Below are positions 20,859-31,107 of a stretch of 64,000 nt of DNA, in pieces. A program made the position numbers and the translations under genes. This DNA comes from an uncultured Bacteroidaceae bacterium (GTDB lineage: Bacteria > Bacteroidota > Bacteroidia > Bacteroidales > Bacteroidaceae): NCBI GenBank assembly GCA_905236065.1, contig CAJONZ010000065.1:12285-76284 (forward strand). Direction: 5' to 3'. Numbering within the stretch: position 1 is the first letter of the stretch; the number at the start of each line of letters is the position of its first letter. The notes under the pieces are model-generated. The model was not told the DNA's origin. It was given only the letters and a program-made list of their open reading frames with translations, and made no database searches.

Positions 20859-20900
20859 ATATTCCCGCCGAGAATATTTTTATTCCCGCCGAGAATAAAC
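20859..20900. repeat. Tandem operator-like repeat TATTCCCGCCGAGAATA x2
   Basis: Identical 17-mers start at 20860 and 20881 (21-nt period). Each is an imperfect dyad, ATTCCCG-C-CGAGAAT. Confidence 0.8.
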
Positions 20901-20962
20901 TCTCACACCGAAGCATTCCGGGATTTTCAGTTAAAGTAAAAAATGGGAAGTGGGAGGTAGCA

Positions 20963-22288
20963 TCAAAAGAAGATTTTCCAGAAACTGCTGATGCTGTAGC
21001 GGTTTCGGAAAAGGGCATTGAAGGTGTGGCTGTAGTCGCCCGTGATGCCTACGAGGTAGTTATGGCTGGAAAGAAGTTCGATGTCAAGGCCGCACCCCAA
21101 TTCGGGACGGGTTTGGGAAGGAAGGTGGAAGGATGAAGGGTGAGGGGGGAGGGGGGAGAAGGTACAAGATGTTGTATGGCGAACGCCGAAAAAGGTACGG
21201 AATCCCATACGAACGGTGGGACTGAGCGGCATGGAGAAATGGGCTGCCACGTCGGCATGGTAGATGCCGATTTTATCGCCTTCATAAACAGGGACAGAAG
21301 ACTGCAGAGGATCGGGAGCGACACCATTGACCGAGGCCAGCTTAACGCTGGATGTGGCCGCACGAAACATCGCATCAATGGAAAACATGGGATTCAGATA
21401 GAAGTTGAAGTCAATGCCCGTGGAAAAGGCGGCAGAGGTGACGATTTGCGCCTCGGCACCCTCGGTGTAGAGGTCGGCATTGCGGTTGCCCACCTCGGTG
21501 CCAGAAAGAATTTTCAGACCTGTCGGATTGTCCATAAAACGGATGGTGCGCAGAATGTCATGTCGGCGAAGCTCTATCTTGTTGATACCGTCAACACCGT
21601 AAATCTGGTCGGTCAGGAAATAGGAAAAGTTGGTGGTAAGAATGCCAATGCCAGCACCCATGAATACGTCGTTCAGCCAGTGTTTGTCGTGTTGAATGCG
21701 CAGCATTTGCGTCGTCGTGGCACAAGCATAGCCTCCGACAGAAACCCAGGGAGAGTAATGGCCATACTCACGGCTCAAAATGGTGGCGGAGGCAAAGGCA
21801 AGGGCGGCATGGCTCGAGACAAACGAGGAAGAGGAAGATTCGTCGGGGCTGCTTTCGTTGACCATTGCGTTGAGTGAACAGGTCAGGCCGGCAGTCAATG
21901 CCATGGAAAAAGCGGAAGAGGTAGCCATACGCCGCAGGGTGCTGCGTGACTCGATGCCAGACAATCGCAACGCCCATGCCGCCACCAAGGGGGTGGCAGC
22001 TGGCACATAGTCAATCAGGTTGACGTGAGCATCGGAAGGACGAAAAACGGCGGGCCTTTCCCGGTAACCCCGCTCGGTAAAATAAAGGGTGATGCCTCTC
22101 ATCAGGGACTGCGTACCCTCGTATGACATTTGCATCTCTTCGCGGAGTCGAAGGGTTTCGTACCGTTGGATGAGCGTTTGCGCCATTTGCTGCACCTGCA
22201 TCACGGAGTCGAGCGAAGACAAATAGGTAGAATCAACACCCTGTGCCTTTACCGACAGAGAAAGGAGGAAGGTTAGGAGGAGGAACAC
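20963..22288 (-). CDS. PAP2-family phosphatase fused to a C-terminal outer-membrane beta-barrel-like domain
   Basis: PAP2 motifs FVSSHAALAFASAT and LRIQHDKHWLNDVFMGAG. The C-terminal half alternates beta-strand-like segments and ends in ISSFWKIFF (aromatic terminus). The track start 22390 is a GTG overlapping the upstream stop. I prefer GTG 22288, which gives [17 protein letters not shown] as a signal peptide. The start is uncertain. Confidence 0.6.
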   Translation of the reverse strand: MFLLLTFLLSLSVKAQGVDSTYLSSLDSVMQVQQMAQTLIQRYETLRLREEMQMSYEGTQSLMRGITLYFTERGYRERPAVFRPSDAHVNLIDYVPAATPLVAAWALRLSGIESRSTLRRMATSSAFSMALTAGLTCSLNAMVNESSPDESSSSSFVSSHAALAFASATILSREYGHYSPWVSVGGYACATTTQMLRIQHDKHWLNDVFMGAGIGILTTNFSYFLTDQIYGVDGINKIELRRHDILRTIRFMDNPTGLKILSGTEVGNRNADLYTEGAEAQIVTSAAFSTGIDFNFYLNPMFSIDAMFRAATSSVKLASVNGVAPDPLQSSVPVYEGDKIGIYHADVAAHFSMPLSPTVRMGFRTFFGVRHTTSCTFSPLPPHPSSFHLPSQTRPELGCGLDIELLSSHNYLVGITGDYSHTFNALFRNRYSISSFWKIFF

Positions 22289-22335
22289 TCCCCTCCTAAC
22301 CTCCCTCCATAGGGAAAGAACGCCATCCGAATGGC
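22264..22335. repeat. REP-like dispersed intergenic element, copy A
   Basis: GGAAGGTTAGGAGGAGG...CCCCTCCTAACCTCCCTCCATAGGGAAAGAACGCCATCCGAATGG. It is homologous to the reverse complement of copy B (shared CCTCCTAACCTCC and ACGCCATCCG blocks). Confidence 0.7.
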
Positions 22336-22386
22336 CTTTCCCCCACCCAATAAAAGGAGAGGGGACAGGGAAATAGAGGCTGTTTT

Positions 22387-23604
22387 TCACTTTGAAGGAT
22401 TGTAATACTTCTTATAGGCTTTTGCCTTGTCCAGCTGGTTTGAATTGTTATAAAGAATATAGAGAGACTCGCCCCAGAGTGATGGATCTTCAGGAGCAGC
22501 AGCCTCAACCTCTTTGAACAAATCGATGGTGTGGTTCATGGCAGCCTTGTCGCTGGAATTGCGGTTGGCGTACATCCATGAAGAACGTGCGGCCATGACC
22601 AAACAGTTGGTGTTGTCGGGAAACTGTGCCCTGGCCTCTGTGAAAGCAGTCTCAGCCTCCTTAAACTTCTCCTGTTCAAAGAGAATCTGCCCCTTCATGA
22701 GGTAGGCATAATCGTCGTCAGGATAGAGTTCCTTCAGCTTCTCGATGGTAACCAGTGCGCCAGCCTTGTCGCCTTCCTGGTTCTGTGCGGCAAGGAGCCA
22801 CTTGCCAAACTGTGGAAGGTCGGGATAGTTGGCAAAGCCGAGGTCGATGTATTTACGGGCATTGGCCTTGTCGCCCTTGTGCTGATAGTACTGTGCCAGC
22901 TCACCGCAGGCATATTTGCCATACTGCTTGGAAGCGAGAGCTTTGTCAAGAGCTGGGAGCGAACTGATGGTGTCGCCCTTTGTCTTGTAGGCTGTTGCCA
23001 AATAGTAATACACGTCGCCCATAGTGGAGTCGTTCTCAATCTTCACGTCGTCCATACCCTGGAAGATGGTGAAGGATGCAGACTCAATGTAGAAGTTGAT
23101 ATAGAAAATAGACTTATCAGGATTGGTGTTGGCAAGCATACCGCCCGCATTGCGCAAATTGCCACGGCAGTTCTTTGCAATGGGCTGAATGGATGGGCGG
23201 TACTCCTCCTTTGGCATCTTGCCTTTGGCATCGGGAGTATGCTCCAAACGGTCGCACTCTGAGAAGTATTTCACAATCTTGTACTGGTTATCGAAAAATG
23301 CCTCAAAGTCCATTTTACCGTCGTTTGCTGCACGGTCGGCCAGCATTTTGTTCATATAGAGCGACTGAATGCTACCGGCAATGAACCAGGTCTTTGACAT
23401 ATCCTTGGCTACACCTTCCTTCATACAGGACTCTATCAACTCCTGCGCCTCGGCAAGTTTCTCGTAGTTGATGTTCTTAGGGTCGGACTTGGAAGCTGTC
23501 AAAGCAGCGTCAGCTTTGTTCATGACACCCTTGTTGTTGAGTGGCTTTTGTGCGTTTGCTGTCATGGCAGCAAAAAGCGTACATACTAAAAGAATTTTTT
23601 TCAT
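22387..23604 (-). CDS. Secreted TPR-like repeat protein
   Basis: 405 aa. Signal peptide MKKILLVCTLFAAMTANAQ. Helical-repeat composition with several TPR-like Y/A/L spacings. Confidence 0.55.
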   Translation of the reverse strand: MKKILLVCTLFAAMTANAQKPLNNKGVMNKADAALTASKSDPKNINYEKLAEAQELIESCMKEGVAKDMSKTWFIAGSIQSLYMNKMLADRAANDGKMDFEAFFDNQYKIVKYFSECDRLEHTPDAKGKMPKEEYRPSIQPIAKNCRGNLRNAGGMLANTNPDKSIFYINFYIESASFTIFQGMDDVKIENDSTMGDVYYYLATAYKTKGDTISSLPALDKALASKQYGKYACGELAQYYQHKGDKANARKYIDLGFANYPDLPQFGKWLLAAQNQEGDKAGALVTIEKLKELYPDDDYAYLMKGQILFEQEKFKEAETAFTEARAQFPDNTNCLVMAARSSWMYANRNSSDKAAMNHTIDLFKEVEAAAPEDPSLWGESLYILYNNSNQLDKAKAYKKYYNPSK

Positions 23605-23711
23605 GACTTTCTTTGATATAAAAAGGTTAATACTGATTTTTTAAGGATATGAAAATTCATCCCGCCCCAAAGAAACTATTTCTTGTTTCAATGGGACGGA
23701 ACGAAAAATAG

Positions 23712-26342
23712 TTACATATTGGTAGGCTCACTCATGGCAGCACCTTCCTCAGCAGGGATGATGGGATTTCCATTCTCATCTACTTCAGTCTCAGGCTCAT
23801 CCTCATGTTCAACTACACAAACGCTTGAAATAACATCGTTACGCTTCTGTATGTCGATAATCTTCACGCCTTGCGTCAATCGGCCAGAGAGTTTGATGTC
23901 TGAGACAGCCACGCGAATCGTGATGCCGGACTTGTTGATAATCATAATATCCTGGTCGAGTGTCACCTTCTTGATGGCAACCAGTTTACCCGTCTTCGGC
24001 GTAACGGCGATGGTCTTAACACCCTTTCCGTTGCGGTTCGTAATGCGGTAGGTGTCCAAGGCCGAACGCTTTCCGATACCTTTCTCGGAGAGCACAAGGA
24101 TGGTTGGCATTTCAGGCCATTCAGCCAATTTGGCATCCAAAGCGGCCTGACGCTCTTCCTCATTCTCAATGGCGTCAATCTCATCCATTACCTCGTCGAA
24201 GCCTTCAGGTTTGCGGATTGAAATCATGCCAACAACCTCATCGTCTTCCTCGTCGTCAAGTCGGATGGCACGGACACCCGTAGCGTTACGTCCCATGTTG
24301 CGCACCGTTTCCTCATTGAAGCGGATGGCACGACCGCCACGGTTGGCAATGATGATTTCGTCCGAGCCGTTAGTAAGAAGCACCTCTATCACTCGGTCGC
24401 CCTCGTTGATATTGATGGCATTCAAACCGTTCGAGCGTGGACGTGAGTAATCCTGCAAGCTCGTCTTCTTGATGATACCATTCTTCGTACAGAAGACAAT
24501 GTTGCGGGAAGCCACGTAGTCTGCATCGTTAAACTTCTGAACACACAAGATGGCGGTCACTTTATCATCCGACTCTATGTTCAACAGGTTCTGGATGGCA
24601 CGTCCTTTGAACGTCTTTCCACCTTCCGGAATCTCATAGCCTTTCATCCAGAAGCAACGACCTTTCTGCGTGAAGAAGAGCAAGGTGTTGTGCGTATAGG
24701 CAGGATAAATGTTCTCGATGAAGTCGCTTTCGCGGGCAGAACCACCTTTCACGCCGATGCCACCACGTCCCTGGGCACGGAATTCCGTCAGCGGCGTACG
24801 CTTGATGTAACCCAAGTGGCTTACTGTAATGACCACAGGCACATTGGGATAGAAGTCCTCTGGATTGAAGTTTTCGCTCGCCGTGTAATCAATATAGGTG
24901 CGACGCTCGTCGTTGAATTTTTCTTTCACTTCCAGCAACTCATCCTTCATCACCTTCTTGCAAAGTTCTGGGTCGTCCAAAATCTGCTGCAAGTACTGAA
25001 TGAGTTTCAAAAGTTCATCGTACTCAGCGTGAAGTTCATCCACACGAAGCCCCGTCAACTGGCTCAGACGCATATCCACGATGGCCTTCGACTGCAACTC
25101 ATCCAGATTGAAGCGGACTTCCAAGGCACGCTGTGCGTCGCTCGGAGTACGTGAGGCACGGATAATGTGTACCACCTCGTCAATGTTGTCGCAGGCAATA
25201 ATCAAACCTTCCAAGATGTGGGCACGAGCTTCAGCCTTGTGCTTTTCAAACTGTGTGCGTCGAATCGTCACGTCGTGACGGTGGTCGATGAAACACTTGA
25301 TGCAATCGCGCAACGAAAGCTGCTTCGGACGCTTGTTGACAATGGCAATGCAGTTCACCGAGAAGCTCGACTGCAACTCCGTGAGCTTATACAACTTATT
25401 CAGGATGACATTGGCATTGGCATCACGCTTCACGTCAATCACGATGCGCATACCTTCGCGGTCCGACTCATCGTTCACGTTGCTAATGCCGTCAATCTTC
25501 TTTTCGTTCACCAAGTCGGCAATCTTCTTAATCAGTTCCGCCTTGTTGACGTTGTAGGGTATCTCATTGACAATAATCTTGTCGTGCTGTCCATCGTTCT
25601 CAATCTCCGTCTTGCTGCGCACCACGATACGTCCACGTCCGGTCTCGTAAGCTTCCTTCACGCCGTCAATGCCACAAATGATGCCGCCCGTCGGAAAGTC
25701 CGGTGCCTTCACATATTGCATCAGCTCAAAGCTGGTCATCTCCGGATTGTCGATATAAGCCACGCAGCCGTCAATCACTTCGCCAAGATTGTGCGTCGGG
25801 ATGTTCGTCGCCATACCCACGGCAATACCCGTAGCGCCGTTGACCAAAAGGTTTGGAATGCGCGTCGGCAACACGGTGGGCTCCTTCTGAGAGTTGTCGA
25901 AGTTGTCCTCCATATCGACCGTTTCCTTGTCAATGTCCTGAAGCATGGCCTCGCCAATCTTCGACAAGCGGGCCTCCGTATAACGCATCGCAGCGGCACC
26001 ATCGCCATCCACCGAGCCGAAGTTTCCCTGGCCGTCAACCAGCGTGTAGCGCATGGCCCACGGCTGTGCCAAACGTACCAACGCACCATAGACCGAGGAG
26101 TCGCCGTGTGGGTGCAAGTGACCGAGCACGTCACCCACGATACGCGCACACTTACGGGTTGGTTTGTCTGAGGTTATGCCGTTCTCGTCCATGCTGAACA
26201 AGATACGGCGATGTACAGGCTTGAAGCCATCGCGGACATCAGGGAGCGCACGAGCCACAATCACCGACATTGAGTAGTCAATGTACGACTGCTTCATGGT
26301 CTCATTGATATCGACTTTAATAATTCTGTCTTGATCTTCCAT
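23712..26342 (-). CDS. gyrA: DNA gyrase subunit A
   Basis: [29 protein letters not shown] and [10 protein letters not shown] (catalytic Tyr); 876 aa. Confidence 0.95.
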   Translation of the reverse strand: MEDQDRIIKVDINETMKQSYIDYSMSVIVARALPDVRDGFKPVHRRILFSMDENGITSDKPTRKCARIVGDVLGHLHPHGDSSVYGALVRLAQPWAMRYTLVDGQGNFGSVDGDGAAAMRYTEARLSKIGEAMLQDIDKETVDMEDNFDNSQKEPTVLPTRIPNLLVNGATGIAVGMATNIPTHNLGEVIDGCVAYIDNPEMTSFELMQYVKAPDFPTGGIICGIDGVKEAYETGRGRIVVRSKTEIENDGQHDKIIVNEIPYNVNKAELIKKIADLVNEKKIDGISNVNDESDREGMRIVIDVKRDANANVILNKLYKLTELQSSFSVNCIAIVNKRPKQLSLRDCIKCFIDHRHDVTIRRTQFEKHKAEARAHILEGLIIACDNIDEVVHIIRASRTPSDAQRALEVRFNLDELQSKAIVDMRLSQLTGLRVDELHAEYDELLKLIQYLQQILDDPELCKKVMKDELLEVKEKFNDERRTYIDYTASENFNPEDFYPNVPVVITVSHLGYIKRTPLTEFRAQGRGGIGVKGGSARESDFIENIYPAYTHNTLLFFTQKGRCFWMKGYEIPEGGKTFKGRAIQNLLNIESDDKVTAILCVQKFNDADYVASRNIVFCTKNGIIKKTSLQDYSRPRSNGLNAININEGDRVIEVLLTNGSDEIIIANRGGRAIRFNEETVRNMGRNATGVRAIRLDDEEDDEVVGMISIRKPEGFDEVMDEIDAIENEEERQAALDAKLAEWPEMPTILVLSEKGIGKRSALDTYRITNRNGKGVKTIAVTPKTGKLVAIKKVTLDQDIMIINKSGITIRVAVSDIKLSGRLTQGVKIIDIQKRNDVISSVCVVEHEDEPETEVDENGNPIIPAEEGAAMSEPTNM

Positions 26343-26413
26343 TTATATTTAGTTATGATGATACATTATTATATTATAGAAGCCACGGACACCCATCCGT
26401 TGCGTTTACGTGG

Positions 26414-26421
26414 CAAAGTTA
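26414..26421 (-). promoter_or_regulatory. -7 box TAACTTTG (gyrA)
   Basis: CAAAGTTA on the plus strand, 72 nt upstream of start 26342. Confidence 0.5.
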
Positions 26422-26477
26422 CGAAAAATCTCCGAGAGACACAACACCCACACCCTCCAACAACCCCTCCGAAATGC

Positions 26478-26520
26478 TAAAAAATGCGAAAACGCCCTCA
26501 AAAAGGCTTATTTTCGCATT
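26478..26520 (-). terminator. Rho-independent terminator after kdsB
   Basis: AATGCGAAAA (26483..26492) pairs with TTTTCGCATT (26511..26520). On the minus strand the hairpin is followed by TTTTTT. Confidence 0.6.
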
Positions 26521-26645
26521 TTCAATTCATTTCCGAGGGGGTATCGTGCCCAACACCCTCATTCGCCACAAGGCTTTTTTAAGGCAAAATAAGGCTTCAG
26601 TCCGTTATTTACAGGAAAAAGCAAGCCTCCGGATGTTTGGCATGG

Positions 26646-27398
26646 CTACCTGCTCTTCAGGAACGCCTCGGCACGGGCGAGGTCTTCGGGCGTGTCAATG
26701 CCAATGGTCTCCACGTCGGTGAGAGCGACCTTGATTTTGTAACCATTCTCCAACCAGCGGAGCTGTTCGAGCGACTCGGCCTTCTCCAATGTTCCTTGTG
26801 GCAGGGCGGTAATCCGGCGCAGCACGTCGGTACGATAGGCATAGAGGCCGATGTGCTTGTAATACGTATGGTTAGGCAACCATTCCTCACGGTCTTTTCC
26901 ACGCATGAAGGGAATGATGGAACGGGAAAAGTAAAGTGCCTCCATCCGATTGTTGACCACCACCTTGGGGCTGTTGGCATTCTCCAGGGCCGCATAGCCG
27001 TCGGCCACGGTGAAGGGTTTCACAAGCGTGGCGATGTCAACAGTCTCGTCGTCGAAGCAAGCACTGACGGCCTGCAATTGCTGAGGCTGGATGAAAGGCT
27101 CGTCGCCCTGAATGTTCACCACCACGTCGAAGCGGTCGGCACCCACCTTCGTCAGCGCCTCATAGCAACGGTCGGTGCCGCTGCGATGGCTGGTGCTCGT
27201 CATGACGACTTTTCCGCCAAACCGACGGACAGCCTCTTCTATGCGCTCGTCGTCGGTGGCTACGACCACGTCGTTCAACGTTCCTTCCACCTGGCGATAG
27301 ACCCGTTCAATGACCATCTTGCCACCAAGCATGGCCAGCGGTTTGGCCGGGAAGCGCGTGGAAGCATAGCGAGCAGGGATGATTCCTATGATTCTCAT
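26646..27398 (-). CDS. kdsB: 3-deoxy-manno-octulosonate cytidylyltransferase
   Basis: MRIIGIIPARYASTRFPAKPLAMLGGKMVIERVY; 250 aa. Confidence 0.9.
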   Translation of the reverse strand: MRIIGIIPARYASTRFPAKPLAMLGGKMVIERVYRQVEGTLNDVVVATDDERIEEAVRRFGGKVVMTSTSHRSGTDRCYEALTKVGADRFDVVVNIQGDEPFIQPQQLQAVSACFDDETVDIATLVKPFTVADGYAALENANSPKVVVNNRMEALYFSRSIIPFMRGKDREEWLPNHTYYKHIGLYAYRTDVLRRITALPQGTLEKAESLEQLRWLENGYKIKVALTDVETIGIDTPEDLARAEAFLKSR

Positions 27399-27463
27399 AT
27401 CGGTATAGTCTGTTTTTTGAAGTTTTCAAATCCTTTGGCGATGGGTCGGCTTTCCCTATTGGC

Positions 27464-29887
27464 CTATCTGAAATTGGCATCCAATTTGCTGGATTCCTTG
27501 CGGCGAGGACTTGGTTTCGGGTGCGTACCCTCCTCTTCGACCTCTGTAAGGTCGTCCAATTCACTGGAACAGATGGGGAAGTCCCTTGGTATGTCAAACG
27601 TATCTGCCTGCGTGATACCGAGTTTTGGGTTTGCATACACTTTGTTGATGAACTTTCCGTAGATGGGAAGAGCCGCACGTGCACCCTGTCCGTAGGCCAT
27701 ACTGCGGAAGTGGATGTCACGGTCTTCACCGCCCACCCAGCAACCCACGACCAGGTTGGGCGTCACACCCATGAACCAGCCGTCGGCATTGGAGTTCGTG
27801 GTACCCGTCTTGCCAATCATGTCTGCCGTAATATTATATTTTGAGCCTCTGAGCGACATACCCGTACCCGAATTGATGACGGCTCGGAGCATGTCAATCA
27901 TCTTGTAGCACGACTCCTGCGACATCACCTCGTTCATGCGGGGTGTGAACGTGTCGATGACGTTGCCGTCGGCATCCTCAATGCGTGTGACCAACAGCGG
28001 GGCAAAACGCACACCGTTGTTGGCAAAAGCCGTGTAGGCACTGACCATCTCGCCCACGCTCACGTCGCAAGGCCCAAGACAGAGCGGCAACGAGGGGTAG
28101 ATGTTCTGGTTCGTGATGCCGAAAAGATGCAGCAGGTCAATCAGGGCGTTCGGATTGAGCTGCGCCATGACGTAGGCGGCAATCCAGTTGTTCGACTGCG
28201 AAAGTCCCCATTTCAGCGTGACCATGTCGCCATAGCGGGCCTTGGAAGCGTTGCGAGGCGTCCAGGCCGTGGGGCCCGTGCCATAAGTGCGTTGCACATT
28301 GGGTGCCACATCGCACGGCGTGAAACCGTTTTCCATGGCCAATGTGTAGAGGAAGGGCTTCATCGTGGAGCCAATCTGACGGCGACCTCCGCCCAGCACA
28401 TTGTCATACTGGAAGTACTTGTAGTTCAGACCGCCGACGTAGGCTTTCACCTGGCCATTATGGGGATCCATCGCCATCATGGCCGTGCGCAGGAAGTGCT
28501 TGTAGTAGCGGATGGAGTCGAGCGGTGTCATCTCCACCTCCTCGCCTTCCTTGCCGTAGAGCGTCATGGGCACCTTGGTGTTGAAGGCTGTCTCAATCTC
28601 CTCCTCGGAGCGCCCGGCCTTCTTCATCATGATGTAACGCTCGCTTTGGCGCATGGCCCGGCGCAGAATCTTATCGACATCGGCACGGGTGAGATCCCAG
28701 TAAGGAGCCAGGGGATTGCCCGCTTGCTCGGCATCGAACGCCCCCTGCAAGTAGCCGGCCACATGCTCCTTCGTTGCCTGCTCGGCATACTCCTGCATGC
28801 GGCTGTCAATCGTGGTGTAGATTTTCAGGCCGTCCGTATAGATGTTGTAATGGCTTCCGTCTTTCTTCACGTTTTTGTTGCACCAGCCAAAAAGCGGGTC
28901 GGTGTCCCACAGCAGGCTGTCGTCGTAGAACTGCTGATACTGCCAGCTGGCATAGTTGTCGCGGTCGGGCTTCTTGGCCATCAGGATGCGACGCAGGTAC
29001 TCACGGAAATAAGGTGCAGAGCCCTCCTTGTGGTCTTGCACGTGGAAACGCCCCATGTTCAGGGGTTCGGCCTGTGCAGCCCGCATGTCCGCCTCGCTCA
29101 GGTAGCCCGCCCTGTGCATCTGCGAAAGCACGACGTTGCGGCGTTCCCGGCTGCGCTCCGTGAACCGGCGCGGATTGTAGAGCGACGGATTCTTGCACAT
29201 ACCCACCAGGGTGGCACACTCCGTCAGCGTCAGGTCTTTCACCCGGTCGCGTCCGAAATACGTCTTGGCGGCGTTTCGGATGCCGACGGCGTTGTTCAGG
29301 AAATCAAAGTAGTTGAGGTACATTGTCAGGATTTCCTCCTTTGTATAGAAGCGTTCAAGCTGCACTGCAACAAACCATTCTATTGGTTTCTGCAACAGTC
29401 GTTTACTCTCATCTTTTGCAACGTCCGAATAGAGTTGCTTGGCCAACTGCTGCGTAATGGTGGAGCCACCGCCGGCAGACTTCTGATGCATGATGCCACG
29501 CTTAATCACCGCGCGCAACAATGCCTTCATGTCGATGCCCGAATGGCTGTAGAAACGCTCGTCCTCCGTGGCAACAAGGGCGTTGACCAGGTTCTCCGGC
29601 AGGGAGTCGTAGCTCACCATCACACGGTTTTCCGAGGCATAGCTCCAGGTACCCAACAGGCTGTTGTCGGCGGTATAGACCCTCGACGCATATTTATTGA
29701 TGGGGTTCTCCAACTCCGACACAGGCGGCAACTGGCCGAGCCATCCTTGCGAGATGCCATAGACGGCCACGGCACCTAAAAGCAACAACAGGAACACGCC
29801 CGTCCACAAAAATGCCAGCACGACCTTTAGGTGAGTTTTCCGAGCGGCCTGCCCTACAGTTTTACCATTTGATGGGTTCTTTTCCAT
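27464..29887 (-). CDS. mrcA: Class A penicillin-binding protein (PBP1A; glycosyltransferase plus transpeptidase)
   Basis: GT51 motifs [12 protein letters not shown] and [11 protein letters not shown]. Transpeptidase motifs STMKP and KTGTT. The start overlaps the ung 3' end by 26 nt. Confidence 0.9.
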   Translation of the reverse strand: MEKNPSNGKTVGQAARKTHLKVVLAFLWTGVFLLLLLGAVAVYGISQGWLGQLPPVSELENPINKYASRVYTADNSLLGTWSYASENRVMVSYDSLPENLVNALVATEDERFYSHSGIDMKALLRAVIKRGIMHQKSAGGGSTITQQLAKQLYSDVAKDESKRLLQKPIEWFVAVQLERFYTKEEILTMYLNYFDFLNNAVGIRNAAKTYFGRDRVKDLTLTECATLVGMCKNPSLYNPRRFTERSRERRNVVLSQMHRAGYLSEADMRAAQAEPLNMGRFHVQDHKEGSAPYFREYLRRILMAKKPDRDNYASWQYQQFYDDSLLWDTDPLFGWCNKNVKKDGSHYNIYTDGLKIYTTIDSRMQEYAEQATKEHVAGYLQGAFDAEQAGNPLAPYWDLTRADVDKILRRAMRQSERYIMMKKAGRSEEEIETAFNTKVPMTLYGKEGEEVEMTPLDSIRYYKHFLRTAMMAMDPHNGQVKAYVGGLNYKYFQYDNVLGGGRRQIGSTMKPFLYTLAMENGFTPCDVAPNVQRTYGTGPTAWTPRNASKARYGDMVTLKWGLSQSNNWIAAYVMAQLNPNALIDLLHLFGITNQNIYPSLPLCLGPCDVSVGEMVSAYTAFANNGVRFAPLLVTRIEDADGNVIDTFTPRMNEVMSQESCYKMIDMLRAVINSGTGMSLRGSKYNITADMIGKTGTTNSNADGWFMGVTPNLVVGCWVGGEDRDIHFRSMAYGQGARAALPIYGKFINKVYANPKLGITQADTFDIPRDFPICSSELDDLTEVEEEGTHPKPSPRRKESSKLDANFR

Positions 29888-30524
29888 TTTTTATCAGATA
29901 GTCATTAGTTAGCGAAAAATGATGATTCCCGAAAAATCCGCGATAGGCGGACAGCGGGGACGGGTGGGCGGAGCGCAGGATGCAATGGCGGGAACCGTCG
30001 ATGAGCTGTGCCTTGCTCTGGGCATAGCTGCCCCACAGAATGAAGACAAGGTGCTCACGCTGACGGCTCAACGTACTGATGACCGAGTCGGTAAACTGTT
30101 CCCAGCCGTGTTTCTGATGCGACCCAGCCTGATGTTCCCGCACGGTCAGCGTGGCGTTGAGCAGCAGCACACCCTGGGTTGCCCAGCGGCTCAGGTTCCC
30201 CGTCACAGGAATGGGCACACCGAGGTCTGCCTTCAGCTCCGTGAAAATGTTCATCAGCGAGGGCGGAAAAGGCACCCCGTCGTTCACGGAGAAACAAAGG
30301 CCATGCGCCTGCCCAGGCTCATGATAGGGGTCTTGCCCAATGAGCACCACCTTCACCTGGTTGAACGGGCATGAGTTGAAAGCGTTAAAAATCAGGGGAC
30401 CCGGCGGATAGACCTTGTACGACCTGTACTCGCTTTTGACAAAAGCAATCAAGTCGGCAAAATAGGGTTTATCAAACTCAGGCTGCAAGACTTGCTTCCA
30501 ACTCTGTTCTATCTTTACATCCAT
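29862..30524 (-). CDS. ung: Uracil-DNA glycosylase
   Basis: [17 protein letters not shown] and HPSPLSA motifs; 220 aa. Confidence 0.9.
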   Translation of the reverse strand: MDVKIEQSWKQVLQPEFDKPYFADLIAFVKSEYRSYKVYPPGPLIFNAFNSCPFNQVKVVLIGQDPYHEPGQAHGLCFSVNDGVPFPPSLMNIFTELKADLGVPIPVTGNLSRWATQGVLLLNATLTVREHQAGSHQKHGWEQFTDSVISTLSRQREHLVFILWGSYAQSKAQLIDGSRHCILRSAHPSPLSAYRGFFGNHHFSLTNDYLIKNGKEPIKW

Positions 30525-30527
30525 GGC

Positions 30528-30791
30528 CTAAATGAGTCCTGCTTCTTTCCACTGAGCAACAAGTGTCTCGGCATCAGCCGTTGCCGTTGCCTCATCCACT
30601 TCGTACTCATCTAACAGGGCGCGGACAATGTCCTGCAACTCGAAATCCTTGTCCTTCACGGCATTCCATGCCAGGGCTGCCGACTCGTTCAGTGTAATCA
30701 ACTTCGTAAAATCGATGTTCTTCAAACCGTGGGCAACCACGATGTTCTCCCCACAGATGTTGCGCAATTCAAAACCTTCTTTAATTCTCAT
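30528..30791 (-). CDS. PqqD-family (RRE-like) small protein
   Basis: Start moved to ATG 30791 (MRIKEGFELRNICGENIVVAHGLKNIDFTKLITLNESAALAWNAV...), giving 87 aa. Length and pattern match PqqD-type peptide chaperones common in Bacteroidales. A CAAAATTA -7 box (minus strand) lies at 30822. Confidence 0.6.
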   Translation of the reverse strand: MRIKEGFELRNICGENIVVAHGLKNIDFTKLITLNESAALAWNAVKDKDFELQDIVRALLDEYEVDEATATADAETLVAQWKEAGLI

Positions 30792-30821
30792 AATATTCTT
30801 TTGAGTTTCTTTTATTTTTTG

Positions 30822-30829
30822 CAAAATTA
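30822..30829 (-). promoter_or_regulatory. -7 box TAATTTTG (PqqD-like/ung/PBP1A/kdsB string)
   Basis: CAAAATTA on the plus strand, 31 nt upstream of start 30791. Confidence 0.45.
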
Positions 30830-30923
30830 GCAACTTCCCCGTAAATCCGCAAAACTTTAAAGAAAAATCTTGGTTCACGTCCCTTTTCCCCACACCCACA
30901 CGCCTTTCACACATGCAAAAATG

Positions 30924-31001
30924 ACGCAGAACTCTATCGAAGACAACGCAGAACTCTTCTCGATTCCACGCAGAACTCTACAAACGAAAAGAGTTCTGCG
31001 T
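30924..31001. repeat. Array of four 12-mers ACGCAGAACTCT (three direct, one inverted)
   Basis: Perfect direct copies at 30924..30935, 30946..30957 and 30968..30979 (22-nt period). A perfect inverted copy AGAGTTCTGCGT lies at 30990..31001 and forms a 12-bp hairpin with copy 3. Confidence 0.85.
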
Positions 31002-31099
31002 GAAAATAGAAACAGATTTATTGGGGCTCAGAAGGGGTTATGCCAAAATTTCAACAAAAAAATTAAATATTTATTGCTTTCATTTCAGAATAAAGTTAG

Positions 31100-31107
31100 T
31101 ATATTTG
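31100..31107 (+). promoter_or_regulatory. -7 box TATATTTG (DUF2442 gene)
   Basis: Exact match 91 nt upstream of ATG 31198. Confidence 0.4.

Noticed and set aside
21121-21175. G-run (GGTGAGGGGGGAGGGGGGAGAAGG) inside the PAP2-barrel gene as a fourth REP-like copy
   Set aside because: It shares only G/C-run character with the REP-like family, not the ordered CCTCCTAACC and ACGCCATCCG blocks. The reading frame stays open across it.
26637-29779. Long plus-strand ORFs 26637..27662 and 28127..29779
   Set aside because: They are antisense to kdsB and the PBP1A gene, with reverse-frame composition and no motifs.
30924-31001. Possibility that the 12-mer array is a CRISPR array
   Set aside because: The repeats are only 12 nt with 10-nt spacers, one copy is inverted, and no cas genes are present. 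None of this fits a CRISPR array.
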